This document shows, piece by piece, positions 36,609 to 48,019 of a stretch of 64,000 nt of DNA. The translations under genes were made by a program, and so were the position numbers. Origin of the DNA: Mobula hypostoma (lineage: Eukaryota); assembly GCF_963921235.1 (NCBI RefSeq), contig NC_086097.1:119600001-119664000 (forward strand), read 5' to 3'. The notes beneath the pieces were generated by a model. That model did no database searches, was not told the DNA's origin, and worked only from the letters and a program-made list of their open reading frames with translations. The stretch's first letter is position 1; each line of letters opens with the position of its first letter.

Positions 36609-37199
36609 CAATGAGGAGCTTCTTTCACATCCAGGGTAGTTCCAGAAAAGTCAGTCAAGTGGGGTGGATTTGGTAAGCACTCACTGCACTAAAGAATTCT
36701 GAACCTTTGCTTTGTGTGCAGTGAATTTTTAAACTTAATCCCTTCCTGGTAGGAAATGTCCTCCCATGTTTCATCTAAAGTGGTACAACACCACGGTTTC
36801 CAGGGTTCCTGTGTGAAGTGGTCAACTAAAACTAATTTGCTTGTGTTGTGAGGCACAGTGTGTACAAATGGATTGGAACAGTTGACATTAAGAGTCTTTC
36901 AGTTGGCAGAGAATGACAATGTTCAGTTTTCTTTCTCAGAATGGATACAGAACAAGAACTACCTTGTCCATTGTTTCAATCAACTCCTGGCAGGCTAATT
37001 TCAAACCTAAACTGAAATATGAATTGAAATATATGGCACCCAATCAAATTGTCTGTCACTATACAGGGAATGGTGTTTTCCTAGGATCAACTCTCATGGG
37101 ACACTCAGGAACATGTACACCTTTGATAAAGCTGTTGATTTATTGAGTCCTCTACAGCACAGAAACCAGCCCTTTGGAACATAATATAATTACCTCCCA

Positions 37200-37530
37200 G
37201 TGTTGCAGGAGTGCGATCACTCAAGTATGATGTTCCCCTAAGGAGTTGAGCATTGGCGCGTCCTCAGGCAGCTGTAGAGGCTAATCCAGCATCCTCATAT
37301 TCTAGTGCAGTGTGGGCAGGATTAAGTGGTGCCTGTGGTTAGCAGTTGGGACTTTTGGCTGTACATTCTCTTCTTCTGTAGCTGCCACTTGTTCTCTGTG
37401 GCACAGCAAAGTTCATACGTATGTAGCACAGCTTCCTCTTGAATAGATTCCCTCCAAGTATATCTATAGAGAGCAGAGTCTTCCCAGTTTTTAGATGGAA
37501 AGTTGAATTTCTTCAAAGATACATCAAAAT
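37200..37530 (-). mobile_element. RTE (BovB-like) 3' fragment
   Basis: Reverse complement aligns by eye with 52255-52440 (catctaaaaactgg, ttcaagagg, acagagaacaag). Confidence 0.65.
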
Positions 37531-38176
37531 CAGCCTGAAGTATTACCTTTGCGCATTGTGCCTTTCCAATGTCACAATTAAGTTCTATTTGCTATTGTTT
37601 CACCCAAATTTTCATTGAAGCTATATCACGTTGTAAGATTAGACAGCCTTCCTTTAATCGATGACACTAACATTTTTTGTATCATCTACATACTGAATGT
37701 CTTCCCAATTCAGCATGAGACTGTGACATCTTACCCTTCATCTGTCAGACCCAAACTCTAAACTCATTCTGCACCAACATCTGCATCACCACAATCAGTC
37801 AACTCAGGACCCCATCCCAATGACCTGACTCTTTGAACAAGTGCTCCCATGATTCATTCAAGTCCTAGAACCCATATATAAAATTACCTATCACTGTGGT
37901 GGTATTCTGATCTCCTTGCATTCTGCTTTCAATACTAATTATCTATTACTGTGCCATCATTCCACTAATCCTCCAATATTACCTGCTAACCACCTACCAG
38001 TATTCAGATATTAGGTATCTCATTGACACCTCCTCCACCCAACCATCCATGATGGTGTCCAGTTACCAATTCCCTTTCCCTAGTCATACATCACCATTGT
38101 TTCCACAGTCACACCCCAAACCAATCATTGGCACCAACTCCCAATGTGCCCCTCCCATCTATAACCCAAACAATTA

Positions 38177-38716
38177 TATTTTACAGTTGACTTGTCATCT
38201 TGCTTGTATAAAAAAACACAAACAATCTCATTCTCACAGTTTTAGCACACAAGTTAATAAGGGATTGGCTTACAGCTTTAGGTGGAGCACCTTTCTATTT
38301 AGCCTTGAGCACAGCTAATCTTCGGATCAGAAAATGAGTGGGCAGGCACTGGCCCACGCCTTTGTGTCCACTGCTGTGCCTGTCTCCCATGCACATTTTT
38401 CTGGGCCAGTGTAGGCAATCAACAGGAGCAAACCAATTCCAGAGAGAAAATAAAACAAGCTTAAATTCTAAACCTAGATCAAGAGAGCAAATAAATTAAA
38501 ATAATTGTTGATAATGGGAAATATTGATCAGGCAGATTATAGTCATGCATTTCTTTCACTTGGTCAAGTCGCAATAGTATACCGTACTTACTGTAATTTA
38601 TACTCTTTGGGTTTTTATTTTACAGTTGACTTATTGTCATCTTGCTTTTATAAAAAACACAATCAATTTCATTCTCACAGTGTTAGTTATTAACACACAA
38701 GCTAGTAAGGGATTGG
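38177..38716 (+). repeat. Imperfect ~95-bp direct repeat pair (38177-38268 and 38616-38716)
   Basis: Both read tattttacagttgactt..tgtcatcttgctt..ataaaaaacaca..cattctcacagt..cacacaag.ta.taagggattgg. Confidence 0.85.
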
Positions 38717-39255
38717 TAATGACAACAGCTTTTCACAATTACTTTGGTCCATAATTAAAATGTCATACCCCCCATAAAGAAGTTTCATAATATCTGTGCA
38801 AAATCATTGCTCAACAGAGAGAAAAAAATGAAGTATATTTATCTGTGCAAATAAAATTGAAATGTAAGGTTCCAAAACTATTATGTACCATCTCCTATAA
38901 TATTGTGTATATTTTCCACTTCAGGCCATGTAATATTGTTCCAATAGATGCAGAAACTGTTGATTTATTTCAGCTATTAAAATGTTTGAAACAAGACGTT
39001 CCTACAACAATTTTTTTTTGCATAAATACATAGTATTCCACAGGACAACTATATGGAATAATTTGTCATAACATTTATGGCCATATACAGCTCAGGCATC
39101 AGTAAATGACCTTGTAATTTGTAAACGTTAACTCTGTTGCTGCTAACGAAAGGGTCATAATATTTTCTTATTCATCTTACTTGTTCCTATGTTCCTTTGA
39201 ATTCTGCTTCACAAATGAGATTATATTCTTCAAAATTTTGAATATTATTTATATA

Positions 39256-39795
39256 TAGCCAGTAGCTACTAGCCACTATATTAGTCACTGAGTCTATTTC
39301 TGTATGGTTGTGGACTTCTGCTGCTGTAACCCAACCACTTCAAGGTTCGACATTTTGTACATTCAGAGATTCTTTTCTGCACATCACTGTTGTAACGTGT
39401 GGTTATTTCAGTTACTGTCATCTTCCTGTCAGCATGAACCAGTCTGATCATTTTTCTTTAACCTCTCTCATTAGCAAAGCTTTTTCTTGCCCACAGAACC
39501 TCCGCTCACTGGATGTTTATTGTTTATCACACTATTCTCTGTAAATTCTGGAGACTGCTGTGTGTGAAACCCCAGGAGATCAGCTGTTTCTCAGATACTC
39601 AAACCACCCCGTCTGACACCACAGTCAAAGTGACAATATCAATTCTTCCCCGTTCTGATGTTTGGTCTGAACAGCAGCTGAGTGTCCTGACCATATCTTC
39701 ATGCTTTTATGCTTTGTTGTTGCCGCATGATCGGCTGATTAGGTACTTGCATTCACGAGGTGTACAGGTGTACCTAATAAAGTGGCCATTAGGTG
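39256..39795 (-). mobile_element. Internally deleted Tc1 element
   Basis: Same family as 21626; ends ggtgtacctaataaagtggcca. Confidence 0.85.
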
Positions 39796-41059
39796 TATTT
39801 TTTTTGTTATAGATTCTTTGTTCTGAAATTTCTCACACTTTACTAAGACTACAAATTATTGGTGTCAAATTGCACTGAAGACATTCAAGTATGCTGGAAT
39901 CCTTAGTGGGGCTAGAATCAAAGTGCATTTCCCCTAGCATCAACAGTCCCCATCTCGGGAAGCTTGTTGCCAGGAGAAAATGTGCGTGCTGTTCTTTATT
40001 TTTGGTGAATCTAGTAATAAGTGCAGCACAGATGGAAGTCCAGAACAATTATTATCCTTCAAAGCAGACAGCAATTACTTAAAGAGCTTGGGATTTAGTT
40101 TGTCAGCTGCAATTTAACCCTCTGAAGGCTGGAGAATATTCCTTCACTTTTCACAGAGAATGTGAAAATGATTTACTGAATAAAAGATGCATCACCACAG
40201 CGACATATTGCTGACTGTCACAGAATCCCGTGTTAATAGAAGATAGGGAATTGTTGGTGACATATTTTTGTTCATAGAGAGCATAGAAAATTATAGTCTT
40301 GGCAGAGAAGAAACAAAGTATTTACCCACAGACATCAAAGGACTTACAGACTGGAATGGATCACCCACTGAATTAGTTCTGTGTCATTGACTCTTCTGGG
40401 CTGATCTGCGGCAGAACCTATTATTCTGGAACTGTGAGCTGTTGTTTGTTTCTCTTGGATTTTGTAATGGCTGTGCATGCTTTTCTTTTAGCTCCAAAAT
40501 GTTTGTGGCCAGTGCCAGTCTAAGCTTTGATAATTCAACGATTAGCCTTGTGCCAAGTCATGATCAAGCTGCATCATTAGACATGGAAAACTTTTGTCTG
40601 AGAATACAGCTTTTAGCTCTGTATGTTGGGTCTTCATGGTGGTGTTTTAAAATTTAATGAGTCAATCAGATGTGATTTCAAACTGGTGATTGTAGTTTTT
40701 GTAAAGTTTATTTTATCTTGCTCTGTTATTGGTAATTTTGAGTATCAGGACTTCCTTATTTGTACAGCACTGAAACAGGACCTTCAGCCCATCTAATCCA
40801 TGCCAAACCATTTAAAACTGCCTAGTCTCATTGACCTGCACTGGGACCATACCCATGCCATCCATCTATCTATCAAGCTTCTATTAAACGTTGAAATCAA
40901 GCTCGCATGCACCACTTGTGCTGGCTGCTCATTCCACACTCTCGCAACCCTCTGAGTGAAGAAGTTTCCCCTCATGTTCCTCTTAAATTTTCTATTGGAG
41001 ATTTGTTTAGATCTGCTTGATTTGGACAGTGGGAGGAAGTAAATGCCCAAGGTAATCTG

Positions 41060-41295
41060 TGCAGCAGGGTAGTGTTGGTTCGATGCTTTACAGTGCCACT
41101 GACACTCGATTGCTGCTGTCTATAAGGAGTTTGCACATCTTTCTAGTGACTGCTTGGGTTTTCTCTGGATGCTCCAGTTTTCTACACACATTCCAAAGAC
41201 ACATGGGTTAGGGTTAGTGAGTTGTGGGAATGCTATGTTGGCACAGGAAGCATAGTGACACTTGCAGACTGCCCCCAGCATCTCTTCAACACACG
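41060..41295 (+). mobile_element. V-domain SINE
   Basis: ttgggttttctctggatgctccagttt; same body as 15605. Confidence 0.75.
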
Positions 41296-41297
41296 AT

Positions 41298-42206
41298 ATT
41301 ATTATTATAGGCATCCGTTAGTCTCATGAGACCATGGACTTGCGCCTTGGAAGGTTTCGATGGTTCAGGCCTGGGCAAGGTTTTGTTTATTATTAATTTT
41401 TTATTGCAACACCAACAAATTACGTTCAATACAACTAGTTGCCAATTACATTTTGACTGTTTAACCCAGCCGCCCCCCCATCCTTTGTCACCATCCCCCC
41501 TCCACCCCCTCTCCCCCCAAATCAACTGAATAGTAGTACATACACAGACAAAGCATTCCTATTTTAACAAAAGATCTTTTAAGTTAGATATCAAATTTGT
41601 CCACATCGAGATTGTGTTTGGTCGTGCATCATTTACTCTTGCTGATGAAAGTTCCAGGTAAGAAATGTCCAAAAAGCTCTGAAGCCAGTGAGTATTTGAA
41701 ATATCATGGGGAGGTTTCCAACGCTGGACTACAATCTTCTTATCTACAGTCAGGCCTGCCAGCCAGATTTTGCGTGTTTTTTCCATAAGGGAAAAATGGG
41801 AGTCATCATTTAGAAGATGTACAGTGGGGTCCATTGGTAATTGTACCTCTGATAGTTCTGTAAGAGTGCTGATAACCTTCCCGCACAAATCAAAAACCCG
41901 TGGATATTCCCATACAACATCTATAAAAGAGCCACTCGCTCCATGGGGGCAAAATGAGCAATAAGGGTCAGAGGCCTGGGCAAGGTTGTATGGAAGACCA
42001 GCAGTTGCCCATGCTGCAAGTCTCCCCTCTCCACGCCACCGATGTTGTTCAAGGGACGGGCACTAGGACCCAGACAGCTTGGCACCGGTGTTGTCGCAGA
42101 GCAATGTGTGGTTAAGTGCCTTGCTCAAGGACACACACGCTGCCTCAGCCAAGGCTCGAACTAGTGACCTTCTCATCACCAGACTTAACCAAGACAAGTG
42201 GCACAT
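41298..42206 (-). mobile_element. tRNA-derived SINE interrupted by an L1 fragment
   Basis: Minus-strand head has tggttaag (A-box-like) and gttcgagcc (B-box-like), then gtgtccttgagcaaggcactt; (taa)n tail at ~41298. Confidence 0.7.
41383..41971 (-). mobile_element. 5'-truncated L1 (ORF2 C-terminus) with 16-bp TSD
   Basis: ORF 41559-41888 (KKIVVQRWKPP...W) is preceded by a decayed CxxC zinc knuckle; A-rich tail; AGGCCTGGGCAAGGTT at 41367-41382 and 41972-41987. Confidence 0.9.
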
Positions 42207-42494
42207 TTAGAGCACATATGACAAATAATCTTTAAAACCTTTATCATTTTGATCTCTACTGCATAAACCTCCCAGTGATTGCCATTTGCTTTCATTTTTT
42301 GCCTTATCATATTCTTTGTGCACATTGTTGTTCATAGCTAACGCGAGGGTTAGTGACGGGCATGCTATGTTGGAGCCTGAAACCCAAAGTATGGGCTGCA
42401 CAACTCTCAGAATATGTTGGTGGTTTAACCAAATAATATATTGCATGTATGTTTGAATATACATGTAACAAATAAGGCTAATCTCTCCTTTGCA

Positions 42495-42992
42495 ACTCAC
42501 AAAAAATGCTGGAGAACTGCAGCAGGTCGGGAAGCATCAATAGAAATGAATAAACAGTTGACATTTTGGACCAAGACCCGTCTTCAGGTCTGAAATGGAA
42601 TGGGGAAGACACCAGAATAAAAAGATGGGTGAGGGGACGGAGGCTAGCTGGGAGGTGACAGGTGAAGGGCTAGAGAAGAAGGAATCTTATAGGAGAGGAG
42701 AGTGGACCCCAGGAGGAAGCGAAGGAGGAGGGGACCCAGGGAGAAGTGATAGGCTGGTGAGGCGAAGTAAAAGACCAGAGTTGGGAATAGAAGAAAAGGG
42801 GAGGGGAGGGAACAAAATCCCTCCAATTCCTACTTTTCACTGTGCCAAATGGAATAAGAAATAGAAGAAGGACTGTCGGCCCAAAACTTCTATTGCTTAT
42901 TTATTTTCATAGATGCTGCCTTACCTGCTGAGTTCCTGCAGCATTTTGTACATGTTACCCTGGATATCCAGCATCTGCAGAATCTCTTGTGC
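42495..42992. mobile_element. Older fold-back PLE 3'-end element
   Basis: Minus-oriented unit at ~42495-42810 and plus-oriented unit at ~42865-42992 ending ccagcatctgcagaatctcttgtg; hammerhead cores decayed. Confidence 0.75.
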
Positions 42993-44904
42993 ATATAAGA
43001 AATAAATAACAGAATACTCAAACACTCTGAAAAGCACTCTACATCTCTGGAGTATTCAGCATTTCTCTACAAACAATATTTTATGAAATTAACTGGACTT
43101 ACTTGACCGCTAAGTAGTGTACGGAGGGCAAAAATTCCCTGTGAAGATATCTGCTGAATAGTTTGCTTATATACTTCACCTGGAGCTGTAAGGAATTTAC
43201 ACTTACTCTTCAGCATCAGTTTTTTTCCTAATTGTGAGGATATCAGTAGCTAACAGACCTGCAGGTGCAGAACATGTATGGTTATTGTTTTCTTTGCAAG
43301 AACAAGCAAGAAGCAGAAGAGAGCCATTAATATTTGCCTTCATAAAGCTGACTTGCTTATAATTAATGTTGCACAGGATATCCAGTATGCCATAAGAATG
43401 GCCCACATGTGAAAAGTAAAGACATGATTTTCTCAGCTGTTACTATCTGCCTAAGGTGAGGCTTCCCACTTGATGCAGCCAAAACATGTTTACCTCAACA
43501 CTTAATACTATGCTCTTATTTTAGAGAAAGGCATAGTTAGATCACAGATGAAAAGGTGCATCATTCACTTTACTGGCTCATAGTCCCTTCATGAGAACTA
43601 ACTGAATGCAGAATACCATAAGGAGAGTGGTGAAGTATCAGTTTAAAATACTCCAGAAAAGGTCACTGAATGCAGTTTACATGGCTTATTTTGTTGTTGT
43701 GAGCCTCTGAAGTTCAGTTACTCATACACTAAATGAAAATTTAGAAAATTAATTGCAGATGCTGGGAATCCGAAATAAAAATCAGGCATTCATGGAATGA
43801 CATAGAATTTTTGATTCAGAAACAGGACCCTTCTCTAGAATTGGGGGAGAAAAGTGATGTTCTAATTGTTGGATACTTCACAGAGATGTTACATTGTTCC
43901 TCCATCTTAGAAACCTTGCTAATGTCAATAAAAATCTTCCAATTTTGCAGATAGGCATACTGTGAACATCACATAAGGTAAGTTAAGAATATTAGAATAT
44001 AGTATCAGCTTGTGGTCTTAAATTAAGAACAGCTTCTACTGTTATGGGGACAAGGCAGGCCAATGGGTTTGAGGCGGTAATAAATTAGCTATGATGGAAT
44101 GGTGGAGCAAAATGGCCCAATTCCGCTCTTATGTCTTATCTTGCTAAAAAGAGATGCAATTCCACCTCTTCCCTAAATGTTACTAATCTAAAATATGTTT
44201 TGGTGGGAAAAAAATCCATCCTCTGCCTCAGGTGTTGCAATGATCTTTCTCCTCAGGAACTCTGCTGCTGCAATTGCTGTTCTGTGTCCTTCTTTCCCAG
44301 AACAATGGAATTGACTTTTTTAAGTAACTGAAAATTATTTTTTTTCTCCAATTAGCAATCCAATATGAGGTATAATTGCAGAGGAACTTCTTCACTCAGA
44401 GGATGGTCAAGTGTGGAATGATCTGCGAGTGGAAATTGAGGTTACAGGGTCAAATTCAACATTTAAGAGCAATTTGGATAGGTACATGGATAGGAGGGGT
44501 GTGGAAGGCTATAATCTGGGAGCAAGTCAATTGACCTATGCAGCAAATTTCAGCATAGATGGGCCGACGGATCTGTTTCTATGCTGTAGTGTTCTGTGAC
44601 TCTGTGGCTCTATAATCAGCAGTGTGAAATTAACATACCACCCTTTGCTAATGAATCAAGGCATTCAGGCGATTTCCAATCAGCGGTCATTAACCATGTG
44701 GAAATATTACGGCCAACCAGTTAACTAAGTAGAAGTCATATTTTTTAGTGAGCTAACTAACATTCTGGCATACTTCCCTCTGGATCTTGATCACGCTCAT
44801 CATGTTTTTAATTCGCAGACAGTTATTGACCTCATCCCCTTTGGAGATCTTTGCTTTATAGTTTCCAGACTCCGACCTCAAATTGGCTCAGCAAAGACCC
44901 AAAA

Positions 44905-45316
44905 GAGAATTGTACCAGTGGACTCAATTGTAACAGGCTGTTCTTGTCACTGAAGTAATGTCTTCCTTTCTTGAATAAGTTCTTTCTCTCCTTCTCTTGT
45001 AGCTTCCAAGTTTGTCCCCTACATTGCTGACAATCTCCACCATTTTAACTTTATCCTGTTCCAGATGCCTGAATTTTACCATGGACGTTGAAACCTCAGA
45101 CAGACCTATCTCATACCGGAGTGGACGGGAAACTCTTCAGTTTTTCCTTGAACAGTGTCCCAACCAGCCCACCTCCATCCCATCATGAATGATCCCTTTC
45201 CTCCTATGCTGCCTGCCTTCACCACGACATTCCTCAGCCTGACAGATTCTGTTCTCATTATGAGTAATTCATGGTCCAGATCCATTCACTTTCCTGAAGT
45301 CGAGGTGTTGCAATGA
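44905..45316 (+). pseudogene. Highly degenerate PLE reverse-transcriptase remnant
   Basis: FTMDVETSDRPISYRSGRETLQFFLEQCPNQP at ~45075 resembles the PLE RT motif 'FTMDVxSLYTSIP'; a GVAM-like ggtgttgcaatg lies at ~45304. Confidence 0.55.
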
Positions 45317-45569
45317 AAAATTTATTAACTCCAAAAGTTGTCTTTCTCCTTGAGGGGTTTCTGTCCTGCTTACGTTGGTTCTCTCAACTCTACCACAAAC
45401 ACAATGGGAACTATGACAGTGCCACATCCTACTCTTACACTGAAGTAAATTCTTCCTTTACTTTGAAAAGAAGTTTCCACTCTTCACATCTTCACATAGT
45501 CCACCTCCATGTTATGCCCTCTCTGCCCTATTTGGATTTGGTTTCTTACTCTGCACCCAGTTTTCTAGA

Positions 45570-45840
45570 GTAACACATACAAAATGCTGGAGGAACTCAA
45601 CAGGTCAGACAGCATCTGCAGAGGGGAATAAACAGACAAGGTTTTGGGCTGAGACCCTTCATTAGGATCGGGAAGGAACATAGAAGAGAACTGATTGGGG
45701 GGTCGGGTGGGGGGGAGAATACAAGCTAGAAGGTGATAGGTGAAGCCAGGTGAGAGGGAAGGTAGGTGGGTGGGGGAGGGGGATAAAGTGAGAAGCTGGG
45801 AGGTGAAGCTAATGGACAGACGAAGAAGGAATCTTCTAAG
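45570..45840 (-). mobile_element. PLE 3' terminal unit
   Basis: acaaaatgctggaggaactcaacaggtcag...gggctgagacccttcattagg. Confidence 0.75.
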
Positions 45841-46249
45841 TGGACATACTACAAACTTGCCAGTAAGACATGCCTATCAGCAATGTTTTAATTGATCTTA
45901 ACAAGGTTTCTAAGTTGGAAGAACAACATAACATCTCTGTGATATTCCCAACATTTCAGGTAGTTGGGAAGTCAGCCTATGTACCGCCTAGTGTCACTTT
46001 ATAGACATACAATCTATGTGTATAAGCTATAATATGTATTTATATTTACTGCAGTTTTTAAATTATGTTTTTTATCTTTTGTGTGCTGGGTCAGATCCTG
46101 TAACAATTATTTCATACTCCTTTACACTTGCGTACATGGAATTTTAAACAACCTTGACATTAAACAATCCTTAGATTTTGAGGCATGCATGCATTATTTT
46201 CCAACATTCATTTCTTTATAGTTTCCATACAAATAACACAGGTTGCATT

Positions 46250-46595
46250 ACACCAGGTTCAGAAACAGTTATTGTAAACAACAAGCTCCTGAACCAGTGT
46301 GGATAACTCCATTCACCACAATGCTGAACTGACTCCACAACCTCCAGACTCTCTTTCTCAAGGGCTCTACTTTTCATATGATCAATATTATTTATTTAGT
46401 TTGTTTTTATTATTTGCATGATTTATCCTCCATCATACATTGGTTGTTCATTGGTTTCTCTTTATGTATAGTTTTTCATAAATTCTATTGCATTCCTTTA
46501 TTTTCCTGTAAATGCTGCAAGAAAATGAACCTCAGGGTAGTATATGGTGACCTACAGTATACGTACTTCGATAATAAATTTACTTTGACTTTGAT
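46250..46595 (+). mobile_element. Rex1/Babar-type 3' end
   Basis: acaccaggttcagaaacagtta...aataaatttactttgactttg. Confidence 0.65.
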
Positions 46596-47408
46596 AATTA
46601 CACTGCTTCTCACATTTCCCTCTCCTCTGGACCAACTTTTCCCTTTCACCATCACTTTTCATTATGAACAATTACCTTTTAGTAAATGAGCTGCCCCACT
46701 TGCCAGTGGCTTTCTCTTTCCTCCGGCATGGTGAAGGGTCACAGAGCTGAAGCACTAATTGTTTCCCTTTCCACAGATGCTGAATGACCTGCGAAGCTTT
46801 TCCACACTTTTGTACTGGTACTATCATTACATCTTCAAACTCATTCTATTATCTACCTTTCCCGGCTCTGGCAAAAGGTCATTGTCCCAAAATATTAATT
46901 ATCTCTCAATCCTCAAATGCTCTCTGTTCTGCTGGGTATTTCCAACATCTGCAGAATTTTTGTTTCTGTACTTGGTCAGGGTATGAGCCAAAATCAAAAT
47001 GTACCTCATTATGTATATTTCACACACATGGGACACCAAATTCATTCTGTAGGTGTGATCAGAGCTGCTTCCTTGCAAATCATTGGGAATTGCATTCCAC
47101 CAGCTATGTGAAGTAACCATAGCAACTTACACCTAATAATTGTTCCAGGCAGCATCAGCATCACAACTGAACCAGCACTATTCATATAATGTAACAAGCT
47201 AGCATATTCACCTCACTATATCGCATCCATAAATTTCACGCTTCTATTAAGAGCCAGAGATAGTTCATATGACTCAGTACAAGAAACAACAGCACTACTT
47301 GTGACCAGAGCTCCACCAACCAAAGGTGTTTATCTTTAGCAAAATAATATGAAGTTACAACTGGACACTGTTGGCTGTTATAAACACAAGAGCTTCTCCC
47401 CAAACTCT

Positions 47409-47632
47409 TGTAACACACACAGAGTGCTGGAGGAACTCCACAAAAGGCAGCATCAATGGAGAGGAACAAACAGTTGATGTTTTGGGCTGAGACCCTTCAT
47501 CAGGACTAGAGAGGGAGAGGAACAAAGCCAGATAAGAAGGTGGGAAAGGGGGTGGAGGTGAAGAAGGAGAACAAGCTGGTATGTGTTAAGTGAAACCAGG
47601 TGAGGGGGAAGGTAGGTGGGTGGGGAGGTATC
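47409..47632 (-). mobile_element. PLE 3' terminal unit with mutated hammerhead
   Basis: Minus strand AGTC-CTGATGA-AGGGTCTCAGCCC-AAAA-CATC-AACT at 47472-47507. Confidence 0.78.
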
Positions 47633-48019
47633 TGTTGCACTGTTGTAAGCTTTTGACTTTCCTGCTTTCCTGTTAAGTTGAAAATAAAATAAAAAAAATA
47701 ACAATTTTTTTTCAAACAGGGATTGATTTATGACCACCTCTGAGATTCTTGATGGTCTTCAGGCATGAAGCTCATATAAAAACTGTCGTTTCACAACTGC
47801 ATTGTGATCATTCACAACACTGAGCTGAAACCATTTATATTGAAACCATTTAAAAGGAGCTGGGACTTGGAGAGAGAGGCACGAGAGGTTAAAAATAACA
47901 GGTCTCAAGGCTTGCTGGCAAATTTTACTTAACATGACTCTAAAAGAAGTACATTTACGAATTGTTAGTTAATAAATGATTGGCTAAATAAGCTAATCAA
48001 CTGCAACCAATAGAAAGAA

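Noticed and set aside
42120..42206. tRNA gene (A/B-box-like motifs on the minus strand)
   Set aside because: No cloverleaf; it is the head of a SINE.
46720..46962. Tandem same-strand hammerhead pair able to dimerise
   Set aside because: Two PLE-like units are plausible, but both catalytic cores are too decayed to call.
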